Shown one piece after another: positions 37,555-46,838 of a DNA stretch of 64,000 nucleotides; position 1 is the first letter of the stretch; the number at the start of each line of letters is the position of its first letter. This stretch comes from a virus. Lineage: Duplodnaviria; Caudoviricetes. A program made the translations under genes and the position numbers. The notes beneath the pieces are model-generated. The model searched no databases. It was given only the letters and a program-made list of their open reading frames with translations, and was not told the origin of the DNA. The stretch covers positions 52,065 to 116,064 of the IMG/VR virus record IMGVR_UViG_3300032330_001742; one strand, 5' to 3'.

Positions 37555-38464
37555 AATTTTTATAAGTATTGCAGCCTATAGGGATCCAGATTTAGTAAAT
37601 ACAGTAAAAAGTTTTTATGACAATGCATATAATAGAGATAGTTTATTTTTTTCTTTAGTCTCTCATGAAGAAGAAGATAATATTTTAGATTTTAGTTTTT
37701 TACCAAAAAACCAATATTCTTATCAAAAAATTGATTATCGTTTAGCACAAGGAGTTTGTTCTGGAAGATATTTGGCAAACTCTTTGTTATCATCAGATTA
37801 TAAATATTTTATGCAAACAGATTCACATTCTAGAGTTATTAAAAACTGGGACCTAGAAGTAATCAAATGTTATATAAAATGTAAAAATAAATGGGGAAAT
37901 GATTTTTTATTTACTAAATACCCACACGGATTTAATTTTGATTGGAGCCTAGGTGACTATATAGCAGTTTTACCAGAAAATAATAACACTTTACACAAGG
38001 TTGTACCAGTATGGGATGATTTTGAAAGTTTATACTTACTTGAATGGAAGGAATTAGAAGATACAGAGTTTGGAGATTTAGTTTATGGCTTTGCTGCAAA
38101 CTGTGTATTTGGAAGTGCAGTTGCTATGTTAAAAATACCATATGATCCTTTTTTGTATTTTCATGGAGAAGAAATTACCTTGGGAGTTAGGGCTTATATA
38201 AACGATGTTCCCCTTGTATCGCCACCAATTAATTTTTTATACACAAATTATGATAGAGAAAATGGCAAAAGAAATTTTCACTGGGAAGATGATATAAGTT
38301 GGTCAATAAGGGATAAATATTCAAGAATTAGAATTAACAATATTTTTAAAAAGAAAAATTTGGGAATTTTTGGTTTAAATGATTTAAATAAATATGAAGA
38401 ACTTCAGAAAAATAGTGGAATAGATTTTGAAAATAAAACTCATATTAAAAATATTTATAGGTAA
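37547..38464 (+). CDS. GlcNAc-transferase, Gnt1/GT60-like
   Basis: IFISIAAYRDPDL, QTDSHSR...WD, PYDP.LYF.GEEI.L..R. Confidence 0.8.
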   Translation: MDKIFISIAAYRDPDLVNTVKSFYDNAYNRDSLFFSLVSHEEEDNILDFSFLPKNQYSYQKIDYRLAQGVCSGRYLANSLLSSDYKYFMQTDSHSRVIKNWDLEVIKCYIKCKNKWGNDFLFTKYPHGFNFDWSLGDYIAVLPENNNTLHKVVPVWDDFESLYLLEWKELEDTEFGDLVYGFAANCVFGSAVAMLKIPYDPFLYFHGEEITLGVRAYINDVPLVSPPINFLYTNYDRENGKRNFHWEDDISWSIRDKYSRIRINNIFKKKNLGIFGLNDLNKYEELQKNSGIDFENKTHIKNIYR

Positions 38465-38493
38465 ATATGCTATACTTTTTAAAAGGGGTAAGA

Positions 38494-38697
38494 ATGAACA
38501 AAAAAACAGTTAAGCCTTGGGATTTGCTAAATCCTAATAAGCCAAGATCTAATGATGAGATTGCAAAAGAAAGATATGACATTTGTAATTGGTGCCCAGA
38601 GTTTATTTCACTAACAAAACAATGTGCAAAATGTGGCTGTTTTATGCACCTTAAGGTAAAACTAGAAGAAGCAACATGTCCGTTAGGCAAATGGTAA
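38494..38697 (+). CDS. Small six-Cys protein, paralogue of 30577-30777
   Basis: RY.IC..C...C..CGCFM..K......CPLGKW. Confidence 0.75.
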   Translation: MNKKTVKPWDLLNPNKPRSNDEIAKERYDICNWCPEFISLTKQCAKCGCFMHLKVKLEEATCPLGKW

Positions 38698-38780
38698 TGA
38701 AATTATTTAATAGAATTATATTCAAGTATAAAGAATATAAAAAATATAAAAAAATAAAAAAGGGAACTTGGATATATTAA
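38697..38780 (+). CDS. Small Lys-rich peptide ending in WIY
   Basis: TAATG-coupled on both sides. Confidence 0.5.
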   Translation: MKLFNRIIFKYKEYKKYKKIKKGTWIY

Positions 38781-39727
38781 TGTTTTTTGATATATTTAAA
38801 CCTGGTATCGTACCTCATAATAGACCAAACAGTAATTATAGGTCTAGTGTTCTTGCTACTCATGCAGAGATAGAAAGATCAGAATACAACTATGACTGGA
38901 ATTCTGACGGTATAAGATCTATAGAGTTTTCAGAAAAACCACCAATCGTAACGCTTGGTTGCTCTATTACTCTTGGTCAAGGATTACCTATAGACTTAAT
39001 TTGGCCAGAAATGCTTGCTAAAAAAATCAATTTAAAAGTTGGAAATATATCATATAGTGGTGGATCTATTACTCAAATTATTTCAGGATTTTTTGGAATG
39101 ATTGCTCAATATAAATACAACCCAGAGTATGTAATTTGTAATTTTCCACCTTTTGATAGGTTTTATTTTATAAATGGCAAAGGTGATCAACTTAAAGACT
39201 ACAGGGCTGGTGTAAAAAAAAGAAAAACAAAGGATTCTGCGCCATGGGACTATGGTGCAACTATTCCATATGAATGGGCATATTACAGTAATTTGAATGC
39301 TTTGCAAATGCTTGAATCCTTCTGTGACTCAAATAATATTAAACTTATCTGGAGTACATGGTCAAATGCATTGTCTGAAGATCAAGAAGATTTTCTTATG
39401 GATAATTTTCAACACTATGTTAAAGACCCAGTAAGAAAAGAGTTTGCCCCACATTTTGAGTTCTGGGTTGATTCAAAAACGGTAGATGCGTTAGATGTTT
39501 TTTATAAAATGAAAAACTGGGATAAAGTTCAATGCCATACCAAAGAATTTATGATGCACAAAGAAATTTTTAATTATGCTTATGACTATCACAAAATAGG
39601 AGAAGCCCCAGATAAAGAGAAAGTTATTACTCGAACTCCTCATCCAGGGCTTCACAAGCATATTCATTACGTTGATTTTTATTATAACGAAATGTTAAAA
39701 AATGGTTTTAAAGAGGGAACTTCTTAA
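38780..39727 (+). CDS. SGNH/GDSL hydrolase-like protein
   Basis: WNSDGIRS.EF, TLGCSITLGQG, C-terminal HPG..H. Confidence 0.65.
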   Translation: MFFDIFKPGIVPHNRPNSNYRSSVLATHAEIERSEYNYDWNSDGIRSIEFSEKPPIVTLGCSITLGQGLPIDLIWPEMLAKKINLKVGNISYSGGSITQIISGFFGMIAQYKYNPEYVICNFPPFDRFYFINGKGDQLKDYRAGVKKRKTKDSAPWDYGATIPYEWAYYSNLNALQMLESFCDSNNIKLIWSTWSNALSEDQEDFLMDNFQHYVKDPVRKEFAPHFEFWVDSKTVDALDVFYKMKNWDKVQCHTKEFMMHKEIFNYAYDYHKIGEAPDKEKVITRTPHPGLHKHIHYVDFYYNEMLKNGFKEGTS

Positions 39728-40268
39728 TCCACATCTTTGTTTTAGCAGTAAGTCCATGCCAAGAGGACCAGTCCTGCCCACCGTTAGACATCCAGAACGC
39801 AACCTGTGCATTGATTACTGGATTGAAAAGATCTTGGTTATCACTAAGACCAAACTTTTTAATTCGGTCAGGACCAAGATCTCGGATCATATTAATTTGA
39901 AAGAGACCATATGATTTGTCTCCTGTTTTACCATTTTTGTTAAAAGCATATGGTCTACCATTACTTTCTTTTTTAGACACAGCCCAAGCCTCTTTTAGAT
40001 CTTTTCCTCTAAAACCAACTTGGTACAAAAGGTCTTTTAGTTCCTTGTCTGTCAATGAGTCATGACTAACATATTTTGTTAGTTTACTAAGATTTGCAGT
40101 TCTAGAAACCAAAAAAGCCCCAGAAGGGGCTATCACGGGCTGGACCTGTTCACTCTTAGTATTTGATGTAACTGTTACTGCATTAGCATTATTTGAAAAA
40201 ACGGCAAACATGCCAGTCACCGTAAGTATTCCAATGATTACTTGTTCTTTAAATTTCTCGTTCATCAT
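39708..40268 (-). CDS. Secreted lytic transglycosylase (lysozyme-like fold)
   Basis: Signal-like N-terminus, AV..KESNG, SYGLFQIN, LFNP..NA, W..W; SD AAGGAGG. Confidence 0.85.
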   Translation of the reverse strand: MMNEKFKEQVIIGILTVTGMFAVFSNNANAVTVTSNTKSEQVQPVIAPSGAFLVSRTANLSKLTKYVSHDSLTDKELKDLLYQVGFRGKDLKEAWAVSKKESNGRPYAFNKNGKTGDKSYGLFQINMIRDLGPDRIKKFGLSDNQDLFNPVINAQVAFWMSNGGQDWSSWHGLTAKTKMWIKKFPL

Positions 40269-40382
40269 AGTTTCCTCCTTAGAAAACAATAACACCTTGG
40301 TAGGTGTCTAGTATTAAGTATAACATAATTTTACCCACTTTTAACCTAAAAGTCAAGTTTTACCGTGGTATAATTATTTATT

Positions 40383-40889
40383 ATGGCAACAACTAATGAT
40401 GGATTGTTTAATTTACCTTTTCCAGAGTCAACTGATCCTGTTAATGTTCATGGTGATATAAAGGCTTTAGCAGATAGATTAAGGATTGTTTTACCACCAC
40501 TTGGAGTATCTGCTTTTCAACTTCCAGTAATAAATGATAGTGGACAAACCTTAAATGCTGGAACTCCAGTTTATGCAAAAGGTTTTACAACAAAAACAAC
40601 CATTGACAAATATTTGCCATCAAATACAAAACATGTTTTAGGATTACTTAAACAAGGATTAACAAATGGGTCCGAAGGTATTTGTATTGTTGCTGGAGTT
40701 CTAGAAGGTGTTAATACTTCTTCTTTTGCAAATGGAGATATTTTATATGCAGCCCCATCTGGTGGACTAACGGTAACACCTGACGGAGCAGCAGTTGGCA
40801 TTGTTGCCCATGCAGCATCTTCTGGAATTATTGTTGTGCAAGCAAAAGGCAACGGTACATGGGGAGCATTAAAGGCAGGGCTATCCTAA
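40383..40889 (+). CDS. Putative virion protein
   Basis: LPFP..TDPVNVHGDIKALA; structural context. Confidence 0.6.
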   Translation: MATTNDGLFNLPFPESTDPVNVHGDIKALADRLRIVLPPLGVSAFQLPVINDSGQTLNAGTPVYAKGFTTKTTIDKYLPSNTKHVLGLLKQGLTNGSEGICIVAGVLEGVNTSSFANGDILYAAPSGGLTVTPDGAAVGIVAHAASSGIIVVQAKGNGTWGALKAGLS

Positions 40890-40908
40890 TGAATGGTATA
40901 ATCTAATC

Positions 40909-41307
40909 ATGGCAACAACTCGTGGAGCAGCATCGTCTTATGATATTGGTAATAAACCACCTACAGTTATTTGGACAGTAGTTCGTGGTGATACTTCTGG
41001 TTTTAGAGTATATGCAACTGATGATGCAAAGCAACCATTAAATATTCCTGATTGGGATATATCCATGAAGTTTAAAAGACCAGTATTAAACCCTGGAGTT
41101 ATTTCAGATAATGCAACACTGGTTTTCACACTAACCCCAGCACCAGATGATGATGATCAAATTGGCGAGTTTACTGTATGGTTGACTGCAGCCCAATCTG
41201 CTCAACTTGAAACAGGAGACATTTTCGATATTCAGTTGTCTGACCCAACAAGAGTTTGGACTGTTGCTCAGGGCAGCATGAAGATTCTTGAAGATGTAAC
41301 AGATTAA
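40909..41307 (+). CDS. Putative virion structural protein
   Basis: WTVVRGDT; paralogue of 32048. Confidence 0.6.
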   Translation: MATTRGAASSYDIGNKPPTVIWTVVRGDTSGFRVYATDDAKQPLNIPDWDISMKFKRPVLNPGVISDNATLVFTLTPAPDDDDQIGEFTVWLTAAQSAQLETGDIFDIQLSDPTRVWTVAQGSMKILEDVTD

Positions 41308-41528
41308 TGGCAACAGCAGTAATTATTAATGACTTAAACAACTCAGTAAAGTTTATTGAGCCAAAAAACTATTCAGTAATAACAATTAAAGATCCCCAGC
41401 CTTCAGTAAAGATAGAAGAGATTCTTCCGTTTAGGATTAAATTTACAGCAGTTCAAATCCAAGATATTCGTGGTATGATTCCTGCAATTCCACTTCAGGT
41501 AATTGGCTATAGCAACTATATACTTTAA
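41307..41528 (+). CDS. Hypothetical protein
   Basis: Coupled ORF. Confidence 0.55.
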   Translation: MATAVIINDLNNSVKFIEPKNYSVITIKDPQPSVKIEEILPFRIKFTAVQIQDIRGMIPAIPLQVIGYSNYIL

Positions 41529-41562
41529 TTAAATTAGTTAAAATATATGTTATAATTACAAC

Positions 41563-42009
41563 ATGGCTAAAGTATCAATTGCATCAGTAAAGTCAAAATT
41601 CCAAACAGGTGACCGCCCAACACAGGCTGACTATGAGGATTTAATTGACACACTTGCAGGATCTGGATTTGATCTTGGATCTGCAGGTAATAATGAAAAC
41701 ACAATCAATGGAATTGAGAACCCAACGGTAATTGATAACTTTGATGCTACTGTTTGGCGTATGGTTAAGTATATGGTTTCTATCGCTAAAACATCAGCAG
41801 GGGACAATAAGTTCTATGCTACAGAATTAACAATTTTGGTTGATGGGCAAGATGTGTCTGTCAGCGAATATGGCACTATCGACAATGATGGGAATATTGG
41901 CACCATTAATGTCTCTCGCACTGGAAATACCGTGGCTTTAACAGTCACTCCAGATACTGCGATCAAGCCAGTCACTGTACGTTTTGCACGTATGGGACTT
42001 AAGGCATAA
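41563..42009 (+). CDS. Putative tail protein
   Basis: KFQTGDRPT..DY.DLIDT; SEYG domain shared with 42027 C-terminus. Confidence 0.65.
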   Translation: MAKVSIASVKSKFQTGDRPTQADYEDLIDTLAGSGFDLGSAGNNENTINGIENPTVIDNFDATVWRMVKYMVSIAKTSAGDNKFYATELTILVDGQDVSVSEYGTIDNDGNIGTINVSRTGNTVALTVTPDTAIKPVTVRFARMGLKA

Positions 42010-42026
42010 CTAAGGAGATATAAAAA

Positions 42027-43709
42027 ATGGCAACAGTAAACAAAGATTTTAAAATTAAGAGTGGTCTCGTCGTTGAAGGTACAACAGGTACAATCAACGG
42101 TTATGACATTCTTACAAAGAAGCAAAATGATCAAGATTATATTATTGGTCTTATTGGTGGAGCAGCAGATTCTGCAGCAACACCAGATACAGTAGTACTC
42201 CGTGATGGAGATGCTAACTTTGCTGCTAACAATGTTACAGTAAATGCACTCTATGTTGGTGGTTCAACTAATAATGGTATCGATGTTGTTGATGGAGATA
42301 CAGAAATTGGTTCTAATAATGGAATCGTTCTTACTGCATCAGGAGACATCGCACTTAACTCAGGCAATGGAGACATTGTTCTTAATCCAGATGGAAATTC
42401 ATACTTATGGACAAAGTCTAGTGGAAACCAGATTGCAACTCATGAATATGTAGATGGAGAAATTTCTTCTCTAGACACAGCAGCACAAGGCTATGCAGAT
42501 GCTGCAGAGACCGCTGCAAATGGCTATACAGACTCTGCAATTTCAACCGAAGTTACAAATCGTAACTCTGCAATTGCAACTGCAAAGGGTGAGGCTGAAG
42601 ATTATGCAGATACAGTTTCTGGAAATGCATATACAGATGCAACACAGTATACAGATTCTGCTATTACAAATCTTAATCTTTCTGGTACATACGATGCACT
42701 TGGTGCAGCAACTACAGCAGAAAATAATGCAAAGGCTTATACAGACCAGGAAGTTGCTGCTCTTGTAGATTCAGCACCAGCACTTCTTGACACACTTAAT
42801 GAGTTGGCTGCAGCAATTGCTGATAATCCAAATTATGCAACAGATGTTGCTAATCTTATTGCAGATAAGGCTGATACATCTTATGTAAACCAGGAACTAT
42901 CTGACCTAGATACAGCAGCACAGGGATATGCTTCAGCAGCAGATACTTCTGCTAGAGGATATGCAGATGGACTTATTTCAACAGAAGTTTCAGATCGCAA
43001 CTCAGCAATTTCTACAGCAATCACAAACCTTGATCTTGCTAATACATATGATGCAAAGGGTGCTGCTACAACAGCACAAAATAATGCTGCAACATATACA
43101 GATAACGCAATTAATGCACTCACAACATCTGATATTGAAGAAGGATCAAACCTTTACTTCACAGACTATGCTGCAAAGACATCAGCAGTTGATCTTTTGA
43201 CAAATGCTACAAAAAATAACATTGATATTACTTGGACTAACCAAGGTGGTCTTGTTATTACCGCAGAAAACGGTGTAGCAGATTCTACAACATCTGACCT
43301 TGCAGAAGGTTCACGCCTTTACTTTACAGATCAGAGAGCAGTAGATGCTCTCGAAGCAGTTGTTCCAAACTTCACAGCAGTTGAGTTGAACTCAGTTGCT
43401 AAGCAGGTTGCAGCAACTCTATCAGCACCAACAGCAGGAATTCAGGTAGCACATGCTTTCGCAAAGTCTGACTACCGTTCAGCAGAATACCTTGTAAAGG
43501 TTGCCTACGGAACACACACTGAAATCTCAAAGGTCCTTTTGACACTTGATTCTTCAGACAATATTGCAATTACTGAATACGGAATTGTTGGAACAAATGG
43601 CTCAGCGTCATCAATTTCAGCAGGTATCTTAGGATCAGATGTACAACTTCAGGTAACAACTGTCAACAATAACTCAACAGTTACTGTTGTCGGAACACTT
43701 GTTGCGTAA
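42027..43709 (+). CDS. Tail fibre protein
   Basis: KDFKIKSGL, APALLDTLNELAAAI, EGSNLYFT repeats. Confidence 0.8.
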   Translation: MATVNKDFKIKSGLVVEGTTGTINGYDILTKKQNDQDYIIGLIGGAADSAATPDTVVLRDGDANFAANNVTVNALYVGGSTNNGIDVVDGDTEIGSNNGIVLTASGDIALNSGNGDIVLNPDGNSYLWTKSSGNQIATHEYVDGEISSLDTAAQGYADAAETAANGYTDSAISTEVTNRNSAIATAKGEAEDYADTVSGNAYTDATQYTDSAITNLNLSGTYDALGAATTAENNAKAYTDQEVAALVDSAPALLDTLNELAAAIADNPNYATDVANLIADKADTSYVNQELSDLDTAAQGYASAADTSARGYADGLISTEVSDRNSAISTAITNLDLANTYDAKGAATTAQNNAATYTDNAINALTTSDIEEGSNLYFTDYAAKTSAVDLLTNATKNNIDITWTNQGGLVITAENGVADSTTSDLAEGSRLYFTDQRAVDALEAVVPNFTAVELNSVAKQVAATLSAPTAGIQVAHAFAKSDYRSAEYLVKVAYGTHTEISKVLLTLDSSDNIAITEYGIVGTNGSASSISAGILGSDVQLQVTTVNNNSTVTVVGTLVA

Positions 43710-43742
43710 TAAAAATAAAATAGTTGGAAGAGGGAGAAGTAA

Positions 43743-44201
43743 ATGACAACATCAGTGACAGTCGATAAAGACTTCAGAGTTAAGAATGGCTTAGTCGTAG
43801 CAAACGGCGGTTCATTCGGCGGAGCAGTTGAAGTAGGAACACCTACTATTAATACTCACGCAGCAACCAAGGAGTATGTCGATAATCGCTCAATGGCTGT
43901 CGGAGATACTGCTCCCTCTTCACCAACAAATGGTACACAATGGTTAGATACACTAACAAACAGAATTAACTTTTACTATGAAGGTTCTTGGTACACCCAA
44001 GCAACAATTGAAGATACACATAATATTCCAGATCACATCCACGATACCGCAATTGATGGCAATGGCCTTATTGTAAGTATGTTCGTAGATTCTGGATTTT
44101 TTGATAGTCCAATGACAGCCAGCACAGATTCTGGTAGCGCATTGGACACAGTTTTTACCTCAACCATAGATGGTGGAGTAGCAATAGATAATTTCAATTA
44201 A
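43743..44201 (+). CDS. Tail fibre-associated protein
   Basis: KDFRVKNGL, HAATKEYVD, P.SP.NG..WLD. Confidence 0.7.
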   Translation: MTTSVTVDKDFRVKNGLVVANGGSFGGAVEVGTPTINTHAATKEYVDNRSMAVGDTAPSSPTNGTQWLDTLTNRINFYYEGSWYTQATIEDTHNIPDHIHDTAIDGNGLIVSMFVDSGFFDSPMTASTDSGSALDTVFTSTIDGGVAIDNFN

Positions 44202-44255
44202 TAAATTGATGTTATAATAAGATACATATGGGCAGCACCCATGAGGAGGAAGTAA

Positions 44256-45062
44256 ATGGCAGTTAGACAACAGCAACGTAGAGGTACAGCCTCTCAATGG
44301 GCAACAGCAAACCCAATTCTTGCAGCAGCAGAAATCGGTTTTGAAGTTGATACAAATAAATTTAAGATTGGTGATGGAACAAATCGCTGGGAAGACCTTG
44401 TTTACTTTACCGCAGACGCTGCTCAGGCTATCCAAGACCTTCTTGATGGAGCACCTGGTGTTCTAGATACACTCAATGAACTTGCAGCATCACTTGGAGA
44501 TAATCCAGATTTCATTGGCACAATGACAACAAATCTTGCAGCAAAGGCTCCAATAGCATCACCAACATTTACAGGAACTGTATCTGGTGTAACTAAGGCA
44601 CATGTTGGACTAGGCAATGTTGACAATACATCAGATGCAAATAAGCCAGTTTCAACAGCAACACAGACTGCTCTTGATGCAAAGGCTTCAAACACTGCTC
44701 TTTCAAACCATGAAGCAGATACAACAAATATCCATGGAATCGCTGATACTTCAGCGCTTGCTACAAAGACTTATGCTGACGGAGCAGTAACAACTGCAGT
44801 AGCAGCACTAACAAAGTCTTCAGTAGGACTTGGAAATGTTGACAATACTTCAGATGGAAATAAGCCAATCTCAAGCGCTACACAAACAGCACTTGATGCA
44901 AAGGCACCAAAGAATAGTCCAGAATTTTCTGGTACACCAACAGCACCAACAGCAACTAATGTTACAAACAGCACACAGATTGCAACAACTGCATATGTAA
45001 GATCTGTTATTACAGATATTGCTTCATTTGATCTAGTTCTAGATGGTGGCGGTGTTGCATAA
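44256..45062 (+). CDS. Tail fibre protein with Mtd_N/hyaluronidase-N-like domain
   Basis: QRRGT...W...NP.L...EIG.E.DT..FKIGDG; VGLGNVDNTSD repeats. Confidence 0.8.
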   Translation: MAVRQQQRRGTASQWATANPILAAAEIGFEVDTNKFKIGDGTNRWEDLVYFTADAAQAIQDLLDGAPGVLDTLNELAASLGDNPDFIGTMTTNLAAKAPIASPTFTGTVSGVTKAHVGLGNVDNTSDANKPVSTATQTALDAKASNTALSNHEADTTNIHGIADTSALATKTYADGAVTTAVAALTKSSVGLGNVDNTSDGNKPISSATQTALDAKAPKNSPEFSGTPTAPTATNVTNSTQIATTAYVRSVITDIASFDLVLDGGGVA

Positions 45063-45119
45063 TGCAAAATTTAACACAAATTAGAAAGTCGTACGCAGCC
45101 CGTACAGAGGAGAGATAAC

Positions 45120-46805
45120 ATGACAACAAGAATGCAACAGCGTAGAGGAACCTCTACACAATGGACTACAACAGACCCAGTACTTGCTGCTGGTGAAATT
45201 GGAGTAGAAACAGACACAAACCAATTTAAACTTGGTGATGGCGTGTCAACATGGAGCGATCTCTCATACTTTAAGAATCTTGATGACCTTGGAGCATCTC
45301 TTGATGATTATGTTCCACTATCATCAAAGGCTGCTGCAAATGGTGTAGCATCACTTGATTCTACAGGAAATATTCCTGCATCACAACTTGGTAACATTAT
45401 CGATGGTGCACCTGCAGCATACGATACACTTAAGGAAATTTCAGATATTCTTGGAGACAACGGAAGTCTTTCAGGAAGTATAATCACACATATTTCTGGA
45501 GTAGAGTCTGGTCTAGCAACACACTCACAACTAGATACAAACGTTCACGGAATTGCTTCAACAGCAGCACTTGCAACTAAGACATATTCTGATACAGCAG
45601 CATCTACTGCAGTGTCAACACACAACTCAGCAACAACTTCTGTACACGGAATTGCTGATACTTCAGCACTTGCAACAAAAGCATATGCTGATGGCAAGGT
45701 GTCAACACACGAAGCAGATACAACAGATATTCACGGAATTGCAGATACTTCACTTCTTGCAACAAAGTCTTATGCAGATGGAAAGGCTTCAGATGCACAA
45801 ACAGCAGCAACTGGTGCAGCCACAACAGCAATTGGAACACACAATTCTGCAACAACTTCTGTGCATGGTATTTCAAATACTGCAAACCTTGTGTACACAT
45901 CTGACTCAAGACTTTCAGATACACGTACACCAACAGATTCAACTGTTACAGCAGCAAAGATTGCAGCAGATGCAGTTACAACTGCCAAGATCCTTGATGC
46001 AAATGTTACAACATCAAAGATTAATGATGGAGCAGTTACAACTGCTAAGGTTGCAGACTCTGCAATTACATCAGCAAAAATTGCAGATGCAACAATTGTA
46101 GATGGAGATATTTCTTCATCAGCAGCAATTGCAACATCTAAGATCTCAGGTCTTGATACAGCACTTAGCGCAAAGGCCCCATTGGCTTCACCAGCACTAA
46201 CTGGTACACCAACAGCACCTACTGCTTCTGCTGGTACAGCAACAACTCAGATTGCAACTACTGCATTCGTAGGAACAGCAGTATCAAACCTTGTAGCATC
46301 AGCACCAGCAGCGCTTGACACTCTTAATGAGTTAGCAACTGCTCTTGGAAATGATGCTTCATTCTCAACAACAGTTACAAATGCTCTCGCTGCAAAAGCA
46401 CCACTTGCTTCACCTACATTTACAGGTACAGTAACATTGCCAGCAGCAGGAATTGTTTTCTCTGACGGAACTCAGTCAAAGGAAGGCGTACCATCACGTA
46501 CACCAATTGTTTCAAAGACAGCATCTTACACACTTTCAGCACTTACAGAGCGTGACTCAGTAATTGAAGTTAACTCTGCATCTGCAGTAACAATTACAGT
46601 ACCTACAAACTCAACAATTGCTTATCCAGTCGGAACATCTATTGATATTCTTCAAACTGGAGCGGGACAGATTACTGTCGCAGGAGCATCAGGAGTTACA
46701 GTTAACGCAACACCAGGTTTGAAGTTAAGAACACAATGGTCAGGAGCAACTCTATTCAAGAGAGCAACAGATACATGGGTTCTTTACGGAGACTTGTCAG
46801 CATAA
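45120..46805 (+). CDS. Tail fibre protein with Mtd_N-like domain
   Basis: Same N-terminus; H...TT.VHGIADT and VT.AKI.D repeats. Confidence 0.8.
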   Translation: MTTRMQQRRGTSTQWTTTDPVLAAGEIGVETDTNQFKLGDGVSTWSDLSYFKNLDDLGASLDDYVPLSSKAAANGVASLDSTGNIPASQLGNIIDGAPAAYDTLKEISDILGDNGSLSGSIITHISGVESGLATHSQLDTNVHGIASTAALATKTYSDTAASTAVSTHNSATTSVHGIADTSALATKAYADGKVSTHEADTTDIHGIADTSLLATKSYADGKASDAQTAATGAATTAIGTHNSATTSVHGISNTANLVYTSDSRLSDTRTPTDSTVTAAKIAADAVTTAKILDANVTTSKINDGAVTTAKVADSAITSAKIADATIVDGDISSSAAIATSKISGLDTALSAKAPLASPALTGTPTAPTASAGTATTQIATTAFVGTAVSNLVASAPAALDTLNELATALGNDASFSTTVTNALAAKAPLASPTFTGTVTLPAAGIVFSDGTQSKEGVPSRTPIVSKTASYTLSALTERDSVIEVNSASAVTITVPTNSTIAYPVGTSIDILQTGAGQITVAGASGVTVNATPGLKLRTQWSGATLFKRATDTWVLYGDLSA

Positions 46806-46838
46806 TAAAATTCTATTAGGAATAGGGAGATATAAAAC

